Shown: positions 30,728 through 42,068 of the stretch, piece after piece
Layout: every line of letters begins with the position of its first letter
How positions within the stretch are numbered: position 1 is the first letter of the stretch
From: Candidatus Dadabacteria bacterium
Lineage (GTDB): Bacteria > Desulfobacterota_D > UBA1144 > Nemesobacterales > Nemesobacteraceae
Direction: 5' to 3'
DNA: 64,000 bases
Assembly: GCA_009837205.1 (NCBI GenBank)
Contig: VXTZ01000026.1
Location: forward strand, 83,629-147,628
The notes under the pieces: model-generated
Told to the model about the DNA's origin: nothing
The model's input: only the letters and a program-made list of their open reading frames with translations
The model's database searches: none
Translations under genes and position numbers: made by a program

Positions 30728-31120
30728 TCACCCATCGGTCGCAAGTTTAAGACCGTTAATTCCAGATTTTATGCTGATTATATTGTTCATCTCATCAACG
30801 TATATAAGCTTGGGTCTGTGTGTTTGGCTCTGTTCTTCATCATAGATTGCAAAATCCGCTATTATCAAGCAATCGCCTTTTCTCGCAAGATGCGCCGCCG
30901 CACCGTTTACACAAACTATGTTTGAACCTCTCGCGCCTTCAATCACGTAGGTTGAAAAACGGTGGCCATTGGTCAGATTGAAAATGTGAACCTCTTCATA
31001 GGGAAACAGATCCGCTGCGTCCATGAGATTTCTATCAAGCGTAAGACTCCCTTCATAATCCAACTCGGCATCAGTTACCGTAACTCTGTGTAGTTTGGAT
31101 TTAAGGAGTACTCTCTGCAT
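30728..31120 (-). CDS. panD: aspartate 1-decarboxylase
   Basis: MQRVLLKSKLHRVTVTDAELDYEGSLTLD matches E. coli PanD ([25 protein letters not shown]). Start trimmed from the ORF-track 31141 so it does not overlap panC. Confidence 0.9.
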   Translation of the reverse strand: MQRVLLKSKLHRVTVTDAELDYEGSLTLDRNLMDAADLFPYEEVHIFNLTNGHRFSTYVIEGARGSNIVCVNGAAAHLARKGDCLIIADFAIYDEEQSQTHRPKLIYVDEMNNIISIKSGINGLKLATDG

Positions 31121-31130
31121 TACCAACCTC

Positions 31131-31988
31131 TTAAAGCACAATATTATCGATAAGCCTGGTATCGTCCAGCCTCACGGCCAGCGCCACCAAATCACCCTCC
31201 GCAGCTCTGTGCCGGAGCTCTAGGGTTTCAGGGTCTCTTATCTCAATATAATCAATATCATTAATTTGAGCCATACGCAATACCCTGTCTGCCTCGGCAA
31301 GCAGAATTTTGCAGTCACCGCAACCGCTTTTGAACTTCTTTCTGATCTCTCCCAGGGCTTTGCTCACCGAAGCCGCCTTGATTCTCTGCTCCGCGCTGAG
31401 GTAAGCGTTTCTTGAGCTCATGGCAAGTCCGTCAGGTTCCCGTACTATCGGCATTTCCACTATCTCGATGTCCATATCAAAATCCCGTACCATCTTCTGA
31501 ACAATCTTAAGCTGCTGGTAGTCCTTTCTTCCAAACACCGCAAAATCCGGACGGACAATGTTAAACAGCTTAAGCACAACCGTCGCTACCCCGTCAAAAT
31601 GCCCCGGCCTGAAAGGACCGCAGAGGCAGTCCCCAAGATTTCCCACAGAAACCGTGGTCTGAAAGCCGTCGGGATAAATATCGCTTATATCCGGATAAAA
31701 CAGATAGTTAACGCCGCAGCGCGCGAGTTTTTCCACGTCGCCTTCGTAGTCCCTTTCGTAACGATCAAAGTCCTCACCGGGTCCGAACTGAGTGGGGTTA
31801 ACAAAAACACTTGCGACCGTCACGTCCGCCCTTCTAACCGATTCCTCCACGAGGGTAATATGCCCTGTGTGCAGGGCCCCCATAGTGGGAACAAAGCCGA
31901 GTTTCTTGCCCGCTTCCCTGCAAGCATCGGAAATCTTCTTCATGTCGGAAGGGCAGTTGAGCACAGAAAGCGCCCCCGCACTATCCAT
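31131..31988 (-). CDS. panC: pantoate--beta-alanine ligase
   Basis: FVPTMGALHTGHITLVEE (HIGH-type motif). 285 aa. Confidence 0.95.
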   Translation of the reverse strand: MDSAGALSVLNCPSDMKKISDACREAGKKLGFVPTMGALHTGHITLVEESVRRADVTVASVFVNPTQFGPGEDFDRYERDYEGDVEKLARCGVNYLFYPDISDIYPDGFQTTVSVGNLGDCLCGPFRPGHFDGVATVVLKLFNIVRPDFAVFGRKDYQQLKIVQKMVRDFDMDIEIVEMPIVREPDGLAMSSRNAYLSAEQRIKAASVSKALGEIRKKFKSGCGDCKILLAEADRVLRMAQINDIDYIEIRDPETLELRHRAAEGDLVALAVRLDDTRLIDNIVL

Positions 31989-32781
31989 AAGACTGCTCCT
32001 GCGAAGGAAAAGTCCCTTTTTTTACCTCTTTCACGTATTTTTTTGTTGAATCGGAGATTGTCTTTGCAACCTTCGCGTATTTCTTGACGAACTTGGGGAG
32101 TGGCTCCGGCGTCAGGCCTATCATGTCGTTTACAACAAGCACCTGTCCGTCGCAATCCCCCCCGGACCCTATCCCGACTGTCGGTATTCCTAGACTCTCG
32201 GTAACATCTCTGGCCACCTCAGACAAAACGCTTTCGATAACCACCATGAAAGCGCCCGCCTGCTCACAGGACTTGGCGAGATCCAAAAGCGTTTCGCGCT
32301 CGCCCGGCAGACTTCCCTGTACCTTGTAACCACCCATTACGTGAACAGACTGCGGACAAAGCCCTATATGAGCAACAACGGGAATCCCGGCTTTCTGGAT
32401 GCGGTACACGGTATCGACGTATGCATCATTTACCTCAAGCTTAACCGACTCAGCCCTCCCTTCCTTTAAAAGTCTTCCGGCGCTCTCTATAGCATCTTCG
32501 GGAGATTTCTGATAGGAAAGAAAGGGCATATCCGTGCACAGATGGGCCCGGTTCACACCTCTTGAAACAATCTTCGTGTGATAAATCATTTCATCCAGCG
32601 TAACCGAAAGCGTATCTTCAAGGCCCTGAACCACATTGCCTAGAGAATCTCCAACCAGAACCACATCTACTCCCGCTGCGTCCACTATCGCGGCAATGGT
32701 AGCATCGTACGCCGTTATCATGGCGATTTTCTCACCCTGCTCCTTCATCTTACGAAAATCAGCTGTTCTCAGTTTTTTCAT
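31981..32781 (-). CDS. panB: 3-methyl-2-oxobutanoate hydroxymethyltransferase
   Basis: KKLRTADFRKMKEQGEKIAMITAYDATIAAIVDAAGVDVVLVGDSLGNVVQG is the PanB consensus. Confidence 0.95.
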   Translation of the reverse strand: MKKLRTADFRKMKEQGEKIAMITAYDATIAAIVDAAGVDVVLVGDSLGNVVQGLEDTLSVTLDEMIYHTKIVSRGVNRAHLCTDMPFLSYQKSPEDAIESAGRLLKEGRAESVKLEVNDAYVDTVYRIQKAGIPVVAHIGLCPQSVHVMGGYKVQGSLPGERETLLDLAKSCEQAGAFMVVIESVLSEVARDVTESLGIPTVGIGSGGDCDGQVLVVNDMIGLTPEPLPKFVKKYAKVAKTISDSTKKYVKEVKKGTFPSQEQSYG

Positions 32782-32818
32782 TATTCGACTCTATCTCTTT
32801 TTCGAAACCGCTAGGGGA

Positions 32819-33484
32819 TCACTCAACATATATTCTGGCTGAGTATCCCCGCTTCCTCAAAACTACGCGAAGCGTCTCGGCATCTTTCCTTTTCTTGAAC
32901 CTGCCAACCCTCACCCTGTAATAAGTATCCCCCTCAAAAGCAAAAGATTCCACCCTCACATCCTCGTCCGTGACACGCGAAAGCTTTCTTTTGAGTTCAT
33001 TGGCCGCCGCCTTGTTTCGAAAAGAACCGGCTTGGACTGTGTAGAGGGAGACAAAAAGGCTTTCTGACCTTTCAGAGGGTGTCGACAGCACTTCTACTTT
33101 CACTTCCGCAACACCACTTCTAACAAGTCCGATGGCTTTCGCGGCCGCATATGAGAGATCTATCACCCTGCCCCTTATGTAAGGACCCCTGTCATTTATC
33201 CTGACCCTTACCTGCCTGCCATTCTCGCGATTGGTAACACGCACGACGGTACCAAAAGGAAGCTCCTTGTGCGCCGCGGTATAGGCATTTCTATTGAATA
33301 CCTCGCCACTTGCGGACCTCTTGCCATGTTCCTTGTCCCCGTACCAGGAAGCCTTGCCGTACTGTACGGTATGCGTCGACTTGGGCCGCTGAAAATCCCG
33401 GCTTTCCCACTTCGGGGAACCTGAAGAAAAAGAGCAACCGACCGCAAAAAACGCAATCAAGACGGCGAATCTGACCCAGATCAT
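32819..33484 (-). CDS. rlpA: septal ring lytic transglycosylase RlpA (DPBB domain + C-terminal SPOR)
   Basis: GKASWYGDKEHGKRSASGEVFNRNAYTAAHKELPFGTVVRVTNRENGRQVRVRINDRGPY is the RlpA barrel. The C-terminus is a SPOR domain. Confidence 0.85.
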   Translation of the reverse strand: MIWVRFAVLIAFFAVGCSFSSGSPKWESRDFQRPKSTHTVQYGKASWYGDKEHGKRSASGEVFNRNAYTAAHKELPFGTVVRVTNRENGRQVRVRINDRGPYIRGRVIDLSYAAAKAIGLVRSGVAEVKVEVLSTPSERSESLFVSLYTVQAGSFRNKAAANELKRKLSRVTDEDVRVESFAFEGDTYYRVRVGRFKKRKDAETLRVVLRKRGYSARIYVE

Positions 33485-33615
33485 AAGGTTCTATTTTACC
33501 ATAACGGATTCCCTCGCAGACACCGACATGCCGGAAATACCCGTTTTACCGGCCGCAGTCTTGAGATTATAAGCGGTTATAATAAAATAGTGCCACCAAA
33601 AAACAGGCAGATACG

Positions 33616-34812
33616 ATGAACCGGCCGGATTATAATTTTTCCCTGATAAACCGACTTCCCCCTTACGTGCTAGGCGTAGTCAACGAACTTAAACACAAAG
33701 CACGCGCCAGAGGAGAGGATATAATCGACCTCGGCATGGGGAACCCTGATCAGGCAACGCCGGACCACATAGTGGAGAAACTGCGCGAGGCAGTAAGTGA
33801 ACCCAGAAACCACAGATACTCCGCTTCCGCCGGACTGCCCAAACTTCGTCTGGCCATAACCGACTGGTACAGAAGAAAATACGATGTTGACCTTGACCCG
33901 GATTCCGAAGCCGTCGTCACGATAGGATCAAAAGAAGGCATATCGCATTTAATGGTCTCCATACTCTCCCCAGGAGATATGGCGATAGTTCCAAATCCCT
34001 CCTACCCGATACACAGCTACTCCGTAATCATAGCAAGAGGAGACACTCACAGTTGTCCCATGGGGAAGAAAGAAGACTTGATACAGTCAATAGAAAAAGC
34101 GATAAAGGAAGTGTGGCCAAAACCCAAAGTCCTTATTCTTTCATTCCCCAACAACCCGACAACACAAGTCATGGACCTTGATTTCTTCGAGAAAATCTGT
34201 GACCTGGCACGTGAGACGGGTCTTATAGTAGTGCATGATCTGGTTTACGCAGAGCTGTGTTATGACGGATACAAGGCCCCGAGCATAATGCAGGTAAAGG
34301 GAGCCAAAGACGTTGCGGTGGAATTCTATTCACTTTCCAAAACCTACAGCATGCCCGGCTGGAGGGTAGGCTTCATGGTGGGAAATCCAGAAATCGTTTC
34401 CGCGCTCAAAAGGATAAAAAGTTACCTTGACTACGGAATATTCCAGCCGATCCAGATAGCCGCAATTACCGCTCTCAACGGACCTCAGGAACCTGTAGAG
34501 CGCATAAGGGAAACCTACAGGTCCAGAAGAGACAAGCTGATCGAATCATTCGCAAGGGCCGGATGGGAAATCCCAAAACCGAAAGCCACCATGTTCGTAT
34601 GGGCACAGATACCTGAAGAGTTTGCGGAAATGGGGTCGCTTGAATTCTCGAAACTTCTTATAGAGAAATCAAAAGTCGCCGTATCCCCCGGAGTGGGATT
34701 CGGAAACTACGGAGAAGGATTCGTAAGACTTGCACTTGTTGAGAACGAAAACAGAATAACTCAGGCGGCAAGGGGAGTTAGGAAGCTTCTTCAGGGCGCC
34801 CACGGCTACTAA
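33616..34812 (+). CDS. class I/II PLP-dependent aminotransferase (alanine/aspartate transaminase-like)
   Basis: [43 protein letters not shown] and '[14 protein letters not shown]' (PLP-Lys region). Confidence 0.85.
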   Translation: MNRPDYNFSLINRLPPYVLGVVNELKHKARARGEDIIDLGMGNPDQATPDHIVEKLREAVSEPRNHRYSASAGLPKLRLAITDWYRRKYDVDLDPDSEAVVTIGSKEGISHLMVSILSPGDMAIVPNPSYPIHSYSVIIARGDTHSCPMGKKEDLIQSIEKAIKEVWPKPKVLILSFPNNPTTQVMDLDFFEKICDLARETGLIVVHDLVYAELCYDGYKAPSIMQVKGAKDVAVEFYSLSKTYSMPGWRVGFMVGNPEIVSALKRIKSYLDYGIFQPIQIAAITALNGPQEPVERIRETYRSRRDKLIESFARAGWEIPKPKATMFVWAQIPEEFAEMGSLEFSKLLIEKSKVAVSPGVGFGNYGEGFVRLALVENENRITQAARGVRKLLQGAHGY

Positions 34813-36719
34813 AAAGCCTGCCCTATGCTTATAAAAATCTTGAATCTGTCGTCTCTTTCCTCATCCTCGGGGTTTAGAAGGTAGCCGAAATCCGCCCTGA
34901 TCGGCCCGATAATCGTATGGTATCTCAATCCGGCACCGGCCGCGTACTTCAGGTTGGAAGCACTGAAACCGAAACTCTTTGAATAAACATTTCCGTAATC
35001 GAAGAAAATTACCGCTCCAAGCTTGTTAAAAAGTCCGAAGCGGGCTTCAGCGTTGCCAATGATAATAGAGTTGCCCCCAAGAGGATCCCGATCCGAATTA
35101 AGCGGACTCAGATGCTGAAATGAATAACCCCTCATGCTTGCACTGCCTCCGGCGAAGAATCTTTTGAAGATCGGCACGTTAAGCGGGTCAGTTCCCCCAA
35201 GTGTGCTTATATTTCCAATCGTCGCCCTTTTTCCCAGAACGATCCCGGAAACACTCTTGTAGTACCTTAACTCGGCCAGAAACTTCAGGTAATCGGTGCG
35301 GGCGGAGCTAGTGGTCTGAATCGGTCTTTCCATGAAGAAAAACAGCCGCATTCCACTGGTAGGATTTATAAGGCTGTCGGTCAGGTCATACTCAATTCCC
35401 AGATCAACAGCCGTCAGGAAAACGCTGTCGCGGGCACTTTCAATCGGCGTTCTTACCACCTGAGAGTCTATATTCGCAAATACGACGTTCAGGGAACTGA
35501 AAAGTGTGAGATAATCAAAAAACTCCTTGGACAAGGTACTGTTGAAATCGAAACTCAAGCCCTCATAGCCCGGAAAATCATCCCTTCTCACGTCAAGCAA
35601 AAAAGCAAGACTGGAGTTTCTGCCGACTAAGTGGGGCTGATCAAGTCTGGCCAGTAAACCCCGTGTCAGGGATGAATAACTGGAAGTGACCTGAAGGATC
35701 CTTCCGCCGTCAAAAAAATTCCTCTGGTTCCAAGATAGCTGCGCCCTTAGATTGTCCTCCGTGGCGTATCCAACTCCAAGCCTTATCGTTCCGAGTTTCC
35801 TTTCAGTAACGCTGTATATAGTCCGAACCTCGAAGTTCCGCCGGTCGTATTCAGTATCCACTATAACGGAATTGAAAAGTCCGGTTTCAAAAATGTTCGC
35901 CCGCGATTTCTGAGTTTCTTTGAGAGAAAACAGGTCCCCTTGCTCGTACTCTATCTCCCGTTCGAGAAGTCTGGTGGCAATATCGGAATTTCCCCTGAAC
36001 ATCACGTCGCCGAAATAATATTCCTGGCCCGGGTCGATGATGAATTCAACATTAACCTCTCTGCTCCTCAGGCTCACAATCGCTTCGGATTTTACATCCG
36101 GCAGAGGATAACCCCTATCGGAGAACAACTCCGTGATAAGAACTTTTGACCTCTGGTAGCTTATCTGGGAAAAAGGTTTCCCCTCTTCCAAGAGGATTAC
36201 CTCGGCGACATCGGAGACGTAATCGTCCGGGTGGTTACCGAGAACCGCTATGTTCAAAGTCTTCACTATTACGGGATCCCCTTGCTCCACCCTTATTTCT
36301 ATATCCACTTTTCGGTTTCCATCCCGGAAATCTAAGGTATGGGTTACTGTGGAACCGTAATAACCATGTTCCCTGAGAACCTGCTCTATTCTTTTTATAT
36401 CGTCCTCAAGGAACTGCTCGTTGAATTCCGGACGTTTTCTCCAAGGTCTCCTTGAGGGAAAAGGAGTTATCATGGAGTCCTTTATTCTCTCGAGTTCTAT
36501 GTCTTTTAACCCCTTTATCTTGATCCCGGAGATAAAAACCGTTTCGTCCTTCTCCGCTTCCTCGGCTCTAACATCCAAAGCCAAGGGAAAAAGGACGAGA
36601 AGAAAAAAAAGCCCCGAGAGCAAAAAGGCGACGCTTTGAGGTATGCAAAGGAGTTCGCGCGGGAAGTTGCTGCTATAGTTGCGGTCAGAAAAAGAAGATA
36701 TAGGACTATCCATTTCCAT
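34809..36719 (-). CDS. Omp85-family outer-membrane protein (POTRA domains + 16-strand barrel; BamA/TamA-like)
   Basis: The POTRA segment '[27 protein letters not shown]...' (RIKDSMI identical) is followed by a surface-antigen barrel ending in an aromatic (…IGQAF). The ORF track extends to 36896. Start set at MEMDSP just before the signal peptide. Confidence 0.8.
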   Translation of the reverse strand: MEMDSPISSFSDRNYSSNFPRELLCIPQSVAFLLSGLFFLLVLFPLALDVRAEEAEKDETVFISGIKIKGLKDIELERIKDSMITPFPSRRPWRKRPEFNEQFLEDDIKRIEQVLREHGYYGSTVTHTLDFRDGNRKVDIEIRVEQGDPVIVKTLNIAVLGNHPDDYVSDVAEVILLEEGKPFSQISYQRSKVLITELFSDRGYPLPDVKSEAIVSLRSREVNVEFIIDPGQEYYFGDVMFRGNSDIATRLLEREIEYEQGDLFSLKETQKSRANIFETGLFNSVIVDTEYDRRNFEVRTIYSVTERKLGTIRLGVGYATEDNLRAQLSWNQRNFFDGGRILQVTSSYSSLTRGLLARLDQPHLVGRNSSLAFLLDVRRDDFPGYEGLSFDFNSTLSKEFFDYLTLFSSLNVVFANIDSQVVRTPIESARDSVFLTAVDLGIEYDLTDSLINPTSGMRLFFFMERPIQTTSSARTDYLKFLAELRYYKSVSGIVLGKRATIGNISTLGGTDPLNVPIFKRFFAGGSASMRGYSFQHLSPLNSDRDPLGGNSIIIGNAEARFGLFNKLGAVIFFDYGNVYSKSFGFSASNLKYAAGAGLRYHTIIGPIRADFGYLLNPEDEERDDRFKIFISIGQAF

Positions 36720-36998
36720 TAATGTTAACAAGGACAAATTGACTTTGACAAGAACAAACCGAAAAAACCGGCGGGTTAGAAACAGACGCAGACACTTTAG
36801 CTGTACAAGAATCAACGATAACCGGCCGTGCGCGTAAAACCACATGCAGAGCGATTCCGGACTAGGAGACAATTGACAAAATTGCCGAACCCGCACCGCC
36901 TAAGAAGCAGCAATTCGCATGTATAGCGGGAAAAAACAAGACCGCTTATACATAATAATACGGCAATATGATATTATTTTTACCGAGGTCGTTTAACC

Positions 36999-37319
36999 AT
37001 GGAGCTTTTGTTGCTCATTCTGTTTGTCTTGGTCGGATTTTTCGCCGGCACATATATACTGGGAACTTTCTTCTCCCTTGTTTTCATGCAGTTGCCGGAG
37101 GTCTTCAGATCAAGGGCCAGTGGGAGTTCTGAAGTGCCTGTACAGAGGCTTACGCATCTAATTTTGGAAACCATAGGGTGGTTCCTGCTACTTCTCTCGC
37201 TTATATTCCTAGTAAACAAGTACCTTGCCGGCTATCAGAAGCTTTTTCTCTGCGGTATATACGTAGCCTTGGCTTTCCACATAGGAACGCTTCTGAACCT
37301 TTACGGAAGACCTTCGTAA
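36999..37319 (+). CDS. hypothetical small membrane protein (3 TM)
   Basis: Hydrophobic ORF with no family recognised. Confidence 0.4.
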   Translation: MELLLLILFVLVGFFAGTYILGTFFSLVFMQLPEVFRSRASGSSEVPVQRLTHLILETIGWFLLLLSLIFLVNKYLAGYQKLFLCGIYVALAFHIGTLLNLYGRPS

Positions 37320-37458
37320 AGCGCAAAGAGAAAAACAGGGAGGACCGCGTCGCTTTCTCGTGCTGTGTGAGTATAGACGTGCTCTCAAATTCAACTAATC
37401 CAGTTTTTTACTCGAGGCAGGTCGCAAGACCCAAGGGAAAAACCACTGTTTTTACGGG

Positions 37459-38172
37459 CTAGCGCTTTTTCTGCGCTGAAAAGTTACTATCAATAAACAT
37501 CTGCCTGGCAGGATCTCCTGGATCCTCCCTGCGTTTGCGGCGCAGATCCTTCGCCGTCTTTTTTTCCAGAACAGGTTTATGAATATATTCAATTTCTATT
37601 GTTCTTTTTTTAGAGTTCACGTTTGCAAGTACTACTGTGTCCGAAAGATTCCACGACAGAACCTCGTAAGAGAACATCTTCTCCCGCTCGAAAGCGTCGC
37701 CGAGAACATTAGCAAGATCACCGACAAGTTCGCTTTTTGCGAACGCAAAACGGGTCTCATCCTCAAAACTGAATAAGATGGAACTTGACATAAGATTGTC
37801 TTTATAAAATTCAAGCCGGGTTTCATGGTCGGGCGGCGGGTCAAGAGCAACTCCGGACAAGGAACCGTCCAGAACAACTTTTCGTAGATCGTTTGAGTAC
37901 TCGCGATCAGAAATAACCTTGAGTTTGGAAGATTCGATCAGATTAAGTGCGTCTTTTTTAGAAATCCCGAATTCAAAACCGTGAGGAATCCTGAGATTCA
38001 CTTGGCTTCCCTCAAGAGGAAAGGGAAAGAAGAAGCAAACTGAAAAAATAAGCGTCAGCCAAATTTTCGCGCAATGCATAAGGTTTTCCCGTGATATAAA
38101 CCGCTTAAACCCGTGGTATACTTTGGAACCTGTGATTCTAACTGTTTTATACAAGCTTGTTAAACGCAGCAC
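37459..38172 (-). CDS. hypothetical secreted protein (probable start MHCAKIWL ~38079)
   Basis: Signal-peptide-like WLTLIFSVCFFFPFPLEGS. No family recognised. Confidence 0.45.
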   Translation of the reverse strand: MLRLTSLYKTVRITGSKVYHGFKRFISRENLMHCAKIWLTLIFSVCFFFPFPLEGSQVNLRIPHGFEFGISKKDALNLIESSKLKVISDREYSNDLRKVVLDGSLSGVALDPPPDHETRLEFYKDNLMSSSILFSFEDETRFAFAKSELVGDLANVLGDAFEREKMFSYEVLSWNLSDTVVLANVNSKKRTIEIEYIHKPVLEKKTAKDLRRKRREDPGDPARQMFIDSNFSAQKKR

Positions 38173-38184
38173 GGTGAAACTTTA

Positions 38185-38652
38185 ATGGAAACGATCATAG
38201 GAGTAATCGGAGCAGCTAACGCAAGTGAGAAGGAAGAAAGAACTTCGGAAGAGGTCGGAGTTCTTATTGCCAAAGGGGATTGTTTTCTGCTTTGCGGCGG
38301 AATGGGAGGAGTTATGGAAGCCGCGTGCCGAGGAGCAAAATCAGCCGGAGGCACCACAATCGGGATCCTCCCCGGACCCGAAGCCTCCTTGGCCAACAGA
38401 TTCATCGACATACCAATAGTTACAGGGATGGGTGAAGCAAGAAACGTGATAGTAGCAAAGTCAAGCCATTCTATAATCGCCATTGGAGGCAGTTTCGGCA
38501 CCCTGTCGGAGATATCGTTCGCACTTAAGTCCGGAATTCCCGTTATCGGGCTTGACACCTGGGATGTCTCTGAGGAAATTATCAAATGCGAAACTCCGGA
38601 AGAAGCAGTGAGAACAGCCTTTGAGCTATCCTCCCTCAGGAAAAGGGCCTGA
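38185..38652 (+). CDS. TIGR00725/SLOG-family Rossmann-fold protein (LOG-like)
   Basis: IGVIGAANASE...LLCGGMGGVMEAACRGAKSAGGTTIGILPG matches TIGR00725. Confidence 0.7.
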   Translation: METIIGVIGAANASEKEERTSEEVGVLIAKGDCFLLCGGMGGVMEAACRGAKSAGGTTIGILPGPEASLANRFIDIPIVTGMGEARNVIVAKSSHSIIAIGGSFGTLSEISFALKSGIPVIGLDTWDVSEEIIKCETPEEAVRTAFELSSLRKRA

Positions 38653-39209
38653 TGAAAACCTCCCCGAACAAGCAAAAAGAAATGGCACTGGAAGAGATAG
38701 GAAGTTACATAAGACGCGTTCCCGATTTCCCGAGTAAGGGAATACTTTTCTACGATATAACCACGCTGATTAAAAACGCCGGAGCTTTTCAAAAATCCGT
38801 TGACATGATGGCGGAAATGCTCGCCGGCAAGGAGATAACCTCATTTGTCGCGCCCGAGAGCCGAGGTTTTATCTTCGCTTCCGCCTTATCCTATAAGCTT
38901 GGAAAAGAATTGATCCTAGTGAGGAAGCCCGGCAAGTTGCCAAGCGACACCGCAAGCGTTTCATATGACCTTGAGTATGGAAAAGACGTTCTGGAAATTC
39001 ACAAAGACGCGATAAACGGTAAAAGCAGAGCAGTAATCGTCGATGATCTCCTGGCCACGGGGGGAACAGCGCACAGTACCGGGCGCCTAGTGGAAGAACT
39101 AGGCGGAAGCGTCGCCGGGTACCTCTTTCTTGTAGAACTTACGGGACTCAAGGGGGCCGAGGCTCTTTCCCCCCACCCGGTCTGGTCCCTACTTAAAATG
39201 CCGGGGTAA
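38652..39209 (+). CDS. apt: adenine phosphoribosyltransferase
   Basis: PRPP-binding loop VIVDDLLATGGTA. Type I PRTase size. Confidence 0.9.
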   Translation: MKTSPNKQKEMALEEIGSYIRRVPDFPSKGILFYDITTLIKNAGAFQKSVDMMAEMLAGKEITSFVAPESRGFIFASALSYKLGKELILVRKPGKLPSDTASVSYDLEYGKDVLEIHKDAINGKSRAVIVDDLLATGGTAHSTGRLVEELGGSVAGYLFLVELTGLKGAEALSPHPVWSLLKMPG

Positions 39210-39212
39210 AAA

Positions 39213-40313
39213 TTGAAAAAGATACAAGTCAAAGTCAGGTCAAACGAAGATAACTCCTATGAAATCCTGATCGGCCAAGGTCTTCTGAGCCAGATTGCCG
39301 GCGATCTGGTCGAGGCATCCATAGCTCATTCCCATGCCCTAGTAACCGATTCAAACGTGGCGGATCTCTATGGAGCAAAACTTCTGAGCGATCTTGGGGA
39401 AGTGCTCCCAGAAGTCAGTATGATTGTTTTTCCGGCGGGAGAGCAAAGCAAAACCAGAGAAATCAAGTCCTTCATAGAAGACAAGATGCTCGAATCGGGA
39501 TTCGGCAGGGATTCTTCGGTCATAGCACTCGGCGGCGGGGTCGTGGGAGATATAGCAGGATTCGTGGCCGCCACTTACATGAGGGGAGTACCCTGCGTTC
39601 AGGTGCCGACAAGCCTAGTTGCCTGCGTTGACAGTTCGGTGGGAGGAAAAACTGCTGTAGACACCCCTCACGGAAAAAACCTCATCGGTTCCTTCTATCA
39701 ACCATGGCGGGTGTATGTGGACACAGACATGCTTAAAACCCTTGAACCGAAGCAACTCGCGGAGGGACTCGCCGAAATAATTAAATACGGTGTAATAAGG
39801 AGTGAGGATTTCTTCCAGTACCTAGAAGCAAATATCGAGAAAATCTACGATTTCGACGACGCTACGCTGCTCGAGGTGATAGAGACAAGCTGCAGGATCA
39901 AGGCGGAAGTGGTCGAGAAGGACGAAAAGGAGCAGAACCTGCGGAAAATCCTTAATTTCGGGCACACGGTCGGCCACGCAATCGAGCAGTTATCCGACTA
40001 TACAATCTCCCACGGAGAAGCGATTTCCGCGGGAATGGCAATTGAGGGAGAAATCGCTCTGGGTGAAACAGGGTGGAGCAAAGAAGAACAGGGCAGGCTC
40101 ACCCTTCTTCTGCAGAGAGCGGGACTTCCTACTGAGCCTCCACGCGGGGTAAACGTGGGGAAAATAATCGATGTCATGAAGATCGACAAGAAAGCCAGAA
40201 AAGGCAAGATAGAAATGTCGCTTCCCGAGTGCATAGGCAAGATGAAAGAACATGAGGGAGATTACGGAATAAAGATCGGGGAGCAGACCATAATTTCCGC
40301 TTTCAGATCCTGA
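39213..40313 (+). CDS. aroB: 3-dehydroquinate synthase
   Basis: VIALGGGVVGDIAGFVAATYMRGVPCVQVPTSLVACVDSSVGGKTAVD is the DHQS nucleotide/metal-binding consensus. Confidence 0.95.
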   Translation: MKKIQVKVRSNEDNSYEILIGQGLLSQIAGDLVEASIAHSHALVTDSNVADLYGAKLLSDLGEVLPEVSMIVFPAGEQSKTREIKSFIEDKMLESGFGRDSSVIALGGGVVGDIAGFVAATYMRGVPCVQVPTSLVACVDSSVGGKTAVDTPHGKNLIGSFYQPWRVYVDTDMLKTLEPKQLAEGLAEIIKYGVIRSEDFFQYLEANIEKIYDFDDATLLEVIETSCRIKAEVVEKDEKEQNLRKILNFGHTVGHAIEQLSDYTISHGEAISAGMAIEGEIALGETGWSKEEQGRLTLLLQRAGLPTEPPRGVNVGKIIDVMKIDKKARKGKIEMSLPECIGKMKEHEGDYGIKIGEQTIISAFRS

Positions 40314-40321
40314 CACGGAAA

Positions 40322-40930
40322 ATGAAGCTAACCGACCCTGCGATGGACATCTCTTTGTTTTCGCTTCCCATCGGCAAAAAAGACATCTTCTGCGACGAAA
40401 AACCCCTAATACTTGAGATCGGCTTTGGAGAAGGAGAATTTCTCATAAACGCAGCGCAATGCGACCCAAGCAGAAACTACCTTGGTATCGAGATCAAGAG
40501 AGGAAGATTCCGAAAAGCGGTGCGTGCTGCGGAAGAGCTCTCCCTGGAAAACTTAAAATTCCTCCACATTGAAGCTGAGATCGCACTCAGACAGGTCTTC
40601 AGAGAAAGAATGTTTGATCTTGTCTTGGTGAACTTCCCCGACCCCTGGCCGAAGAAAAAACATTCAAAACACAGAATGTTCAACCGGGAATTTATAAGCT
40701 GCCTGGCAAAAGTGCTTACGAGAAGCGGGAGGACCGTAATAAAGACCGATCAGTTGAGCTACATTGAGCAGATAGTGTCCGAATTCAAAAGAAGTCGCTT
40801 GTTCCGTCCCGTGCACCCTCCACCCGGTTTCGTCGAGGCTCGAAGAGGAGAAACAGAAACGAAATTCGAAAAACATTTCAGGGAAGCTTCGCAAGATATA
40901 TTCAGCGCCGTTTTTCTAAATCTTCCCTAG
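40322..40930 (+). CDS. trmB: tRNA (guanine46-N7)-methyltransferase
   Basis: PLILEIGFGEGEFLINAAQCDPSRNYLGIEI...FPDPWPKKKHSKHR is the TrmB consensus. Confidence 0.9.
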   Translation: MKLTDPAMDISLFSLPIGKKDIFCDEKPLILEIGFGEGEFLINAAQCDPSRNYLGIEIKRGRFRKAVRAAEELSLENLKFLHIEAEIALRQVFRERMFDLVLVNFPDPWPKKKHSKHRMFNREFISCLAKVLTRSGRTVIKTDQLSYIEQIVSEFKRSRLFRPVHPPPGFVEARRGETETKFEKHFREASQDIFSAVFLNLP

Positions 40931-41034
40931 CAAACAAGCTCAATACGTCGATATGTAAAAACATTATAATTGACATTAAGAATGTTCTATGTATTAAGTT
41001 TGTCCGTTCCGCACAAAATATGGAGGTTTTTTAA

Positions 41035-42054
41035 ATGATAGTAGTAATGAAGCAAAAGGCGACCAAGGAAGATATAGACAAGGTCAAATCCGTTATAAAG
41101 GAACTTGGCTATTCGCCGCATCCGATCGAGGGAATTCTCAGGACTGTCATCGGAGTGGTCGGAGACGATAGAGGAAAGCCACATGACCTCGACGTTCTCA
41201 AACAGCTACAGGGAGTCGAAAAGGTCGTTCCTGTGCTTCAGCCCTACAAGCTAACAAGCAGGGAAGTGAACGATGAAACCTCCGTTTTCAATGTGGAAGG
41301 CGTTACAGTAGGGGACAGGAATATCCCAATAATCGCAGGACCGTGCTCGGTTGAAAGCGAAGAACAGATAATGACAATTGCAGCTTCCATAAAAGATTCA
41401 GGGGCGTCAATGCTCAGAGGCGGCGCGTTTAAGCCCAGAACTTCTCCCTATTCTTTCCAGGGTCTTGGAAAAGAGGGACTGGAACTTCTCATCAAGGCAA
41501 AAGAAGTGACCGGACTGCCCATAGTAACCGAAATAATGAGCCCGGATGATCTTGAACTGGTCGAGGAATACGCGGATGTGCTTCAAATCGGAGCGAGAAA
41601 TTCCCAAAACTACTCGCTTTTAAGACATGTCGGCAAATCAAAGAAGGCCGTCCTGCTAAAACGGGGGATGTCAACAACCATAAACGAATTCCTCATGTGC
41701 GCAGAGTATATACTGTCGGAGGGCAACAGTAACGTAATGCTCTGCGAACGCGGGATAAGGACCTTTGAGACTGCGACCAGAAATACTTTTGACCTGAACG
41801 CTATCCCGGTACTCAAGGAAAAGACCCACCTGCCTGTTTTCGCCGACCCTAGCCATGGAACCGGCTACTGGCAGTACGTAATTCCAGTAACCTTAGCCTC
41901 AATAGCCGCCGGAGCGGACGGAGTAATTGTCGAGGTTCATAACAACCCGGAGACCGCCGTTAGTGACGGAGCTCAGTCGCTTAAACCGAAAACATTCAAA
42001 AACCTGATGGAAAAAGCTGCCCCCGTTGCCGAAGCCATTGGAAGAAGCATTTAG
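41035..42054 (+). CDS. 3-deoxy-7-phosphoheptulonate (DAHP) synthase, type I-beta with N-terminal regulatory domain
   Basis: KdsA-like barrel ([12 protein letters not shown]...ADPSHGTG) with an N-terminal ~70-aa ferredoxin-like extension. Confidence 0.9.
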   Translation: MIVVMKQKATKEDIDKVKSVIKELGYSPHPIEGILRTVIGVVGDDRGKPHDLDVLKQLQGVEKVVPVLQPYKLTSREVNDETSVFNVEGVTVGDRNIPIIAGPCSVESEEQIMTIAASIKDSGASMLRGGAFKPRTSPYSFQGLGKEGLELLIKAKEVTGLPIVTEIMSPDDLELVEEYADVLQIGARNSQNYSLLRHVGKSKKAVLLKRGMSTTINEFLMCAEYILSEGNSNVMLCERGIRTFETATRNTFDLNAIPVLKEKTHLPVFADPSHGTGYWQYVIPVTLASIAAGADGVIVEVHNNPETAVSDGAQSLKPKTFKNLMEKAAPVAEAIGRSI

Positions 42055-42068
42055 AGATTTCTCGGATC

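Noticed and set aside
36897-36998. Imperfect inverted repeat (atgtatagcgg...ccgcttatacat) upstream of the 36999 membrane-protein gene, considered as a regulatory hairpin or sRNA
   Set aside because: There is a single-base asymmetry, no trailing U-tract and no second copy. Not distinguishable from chance.
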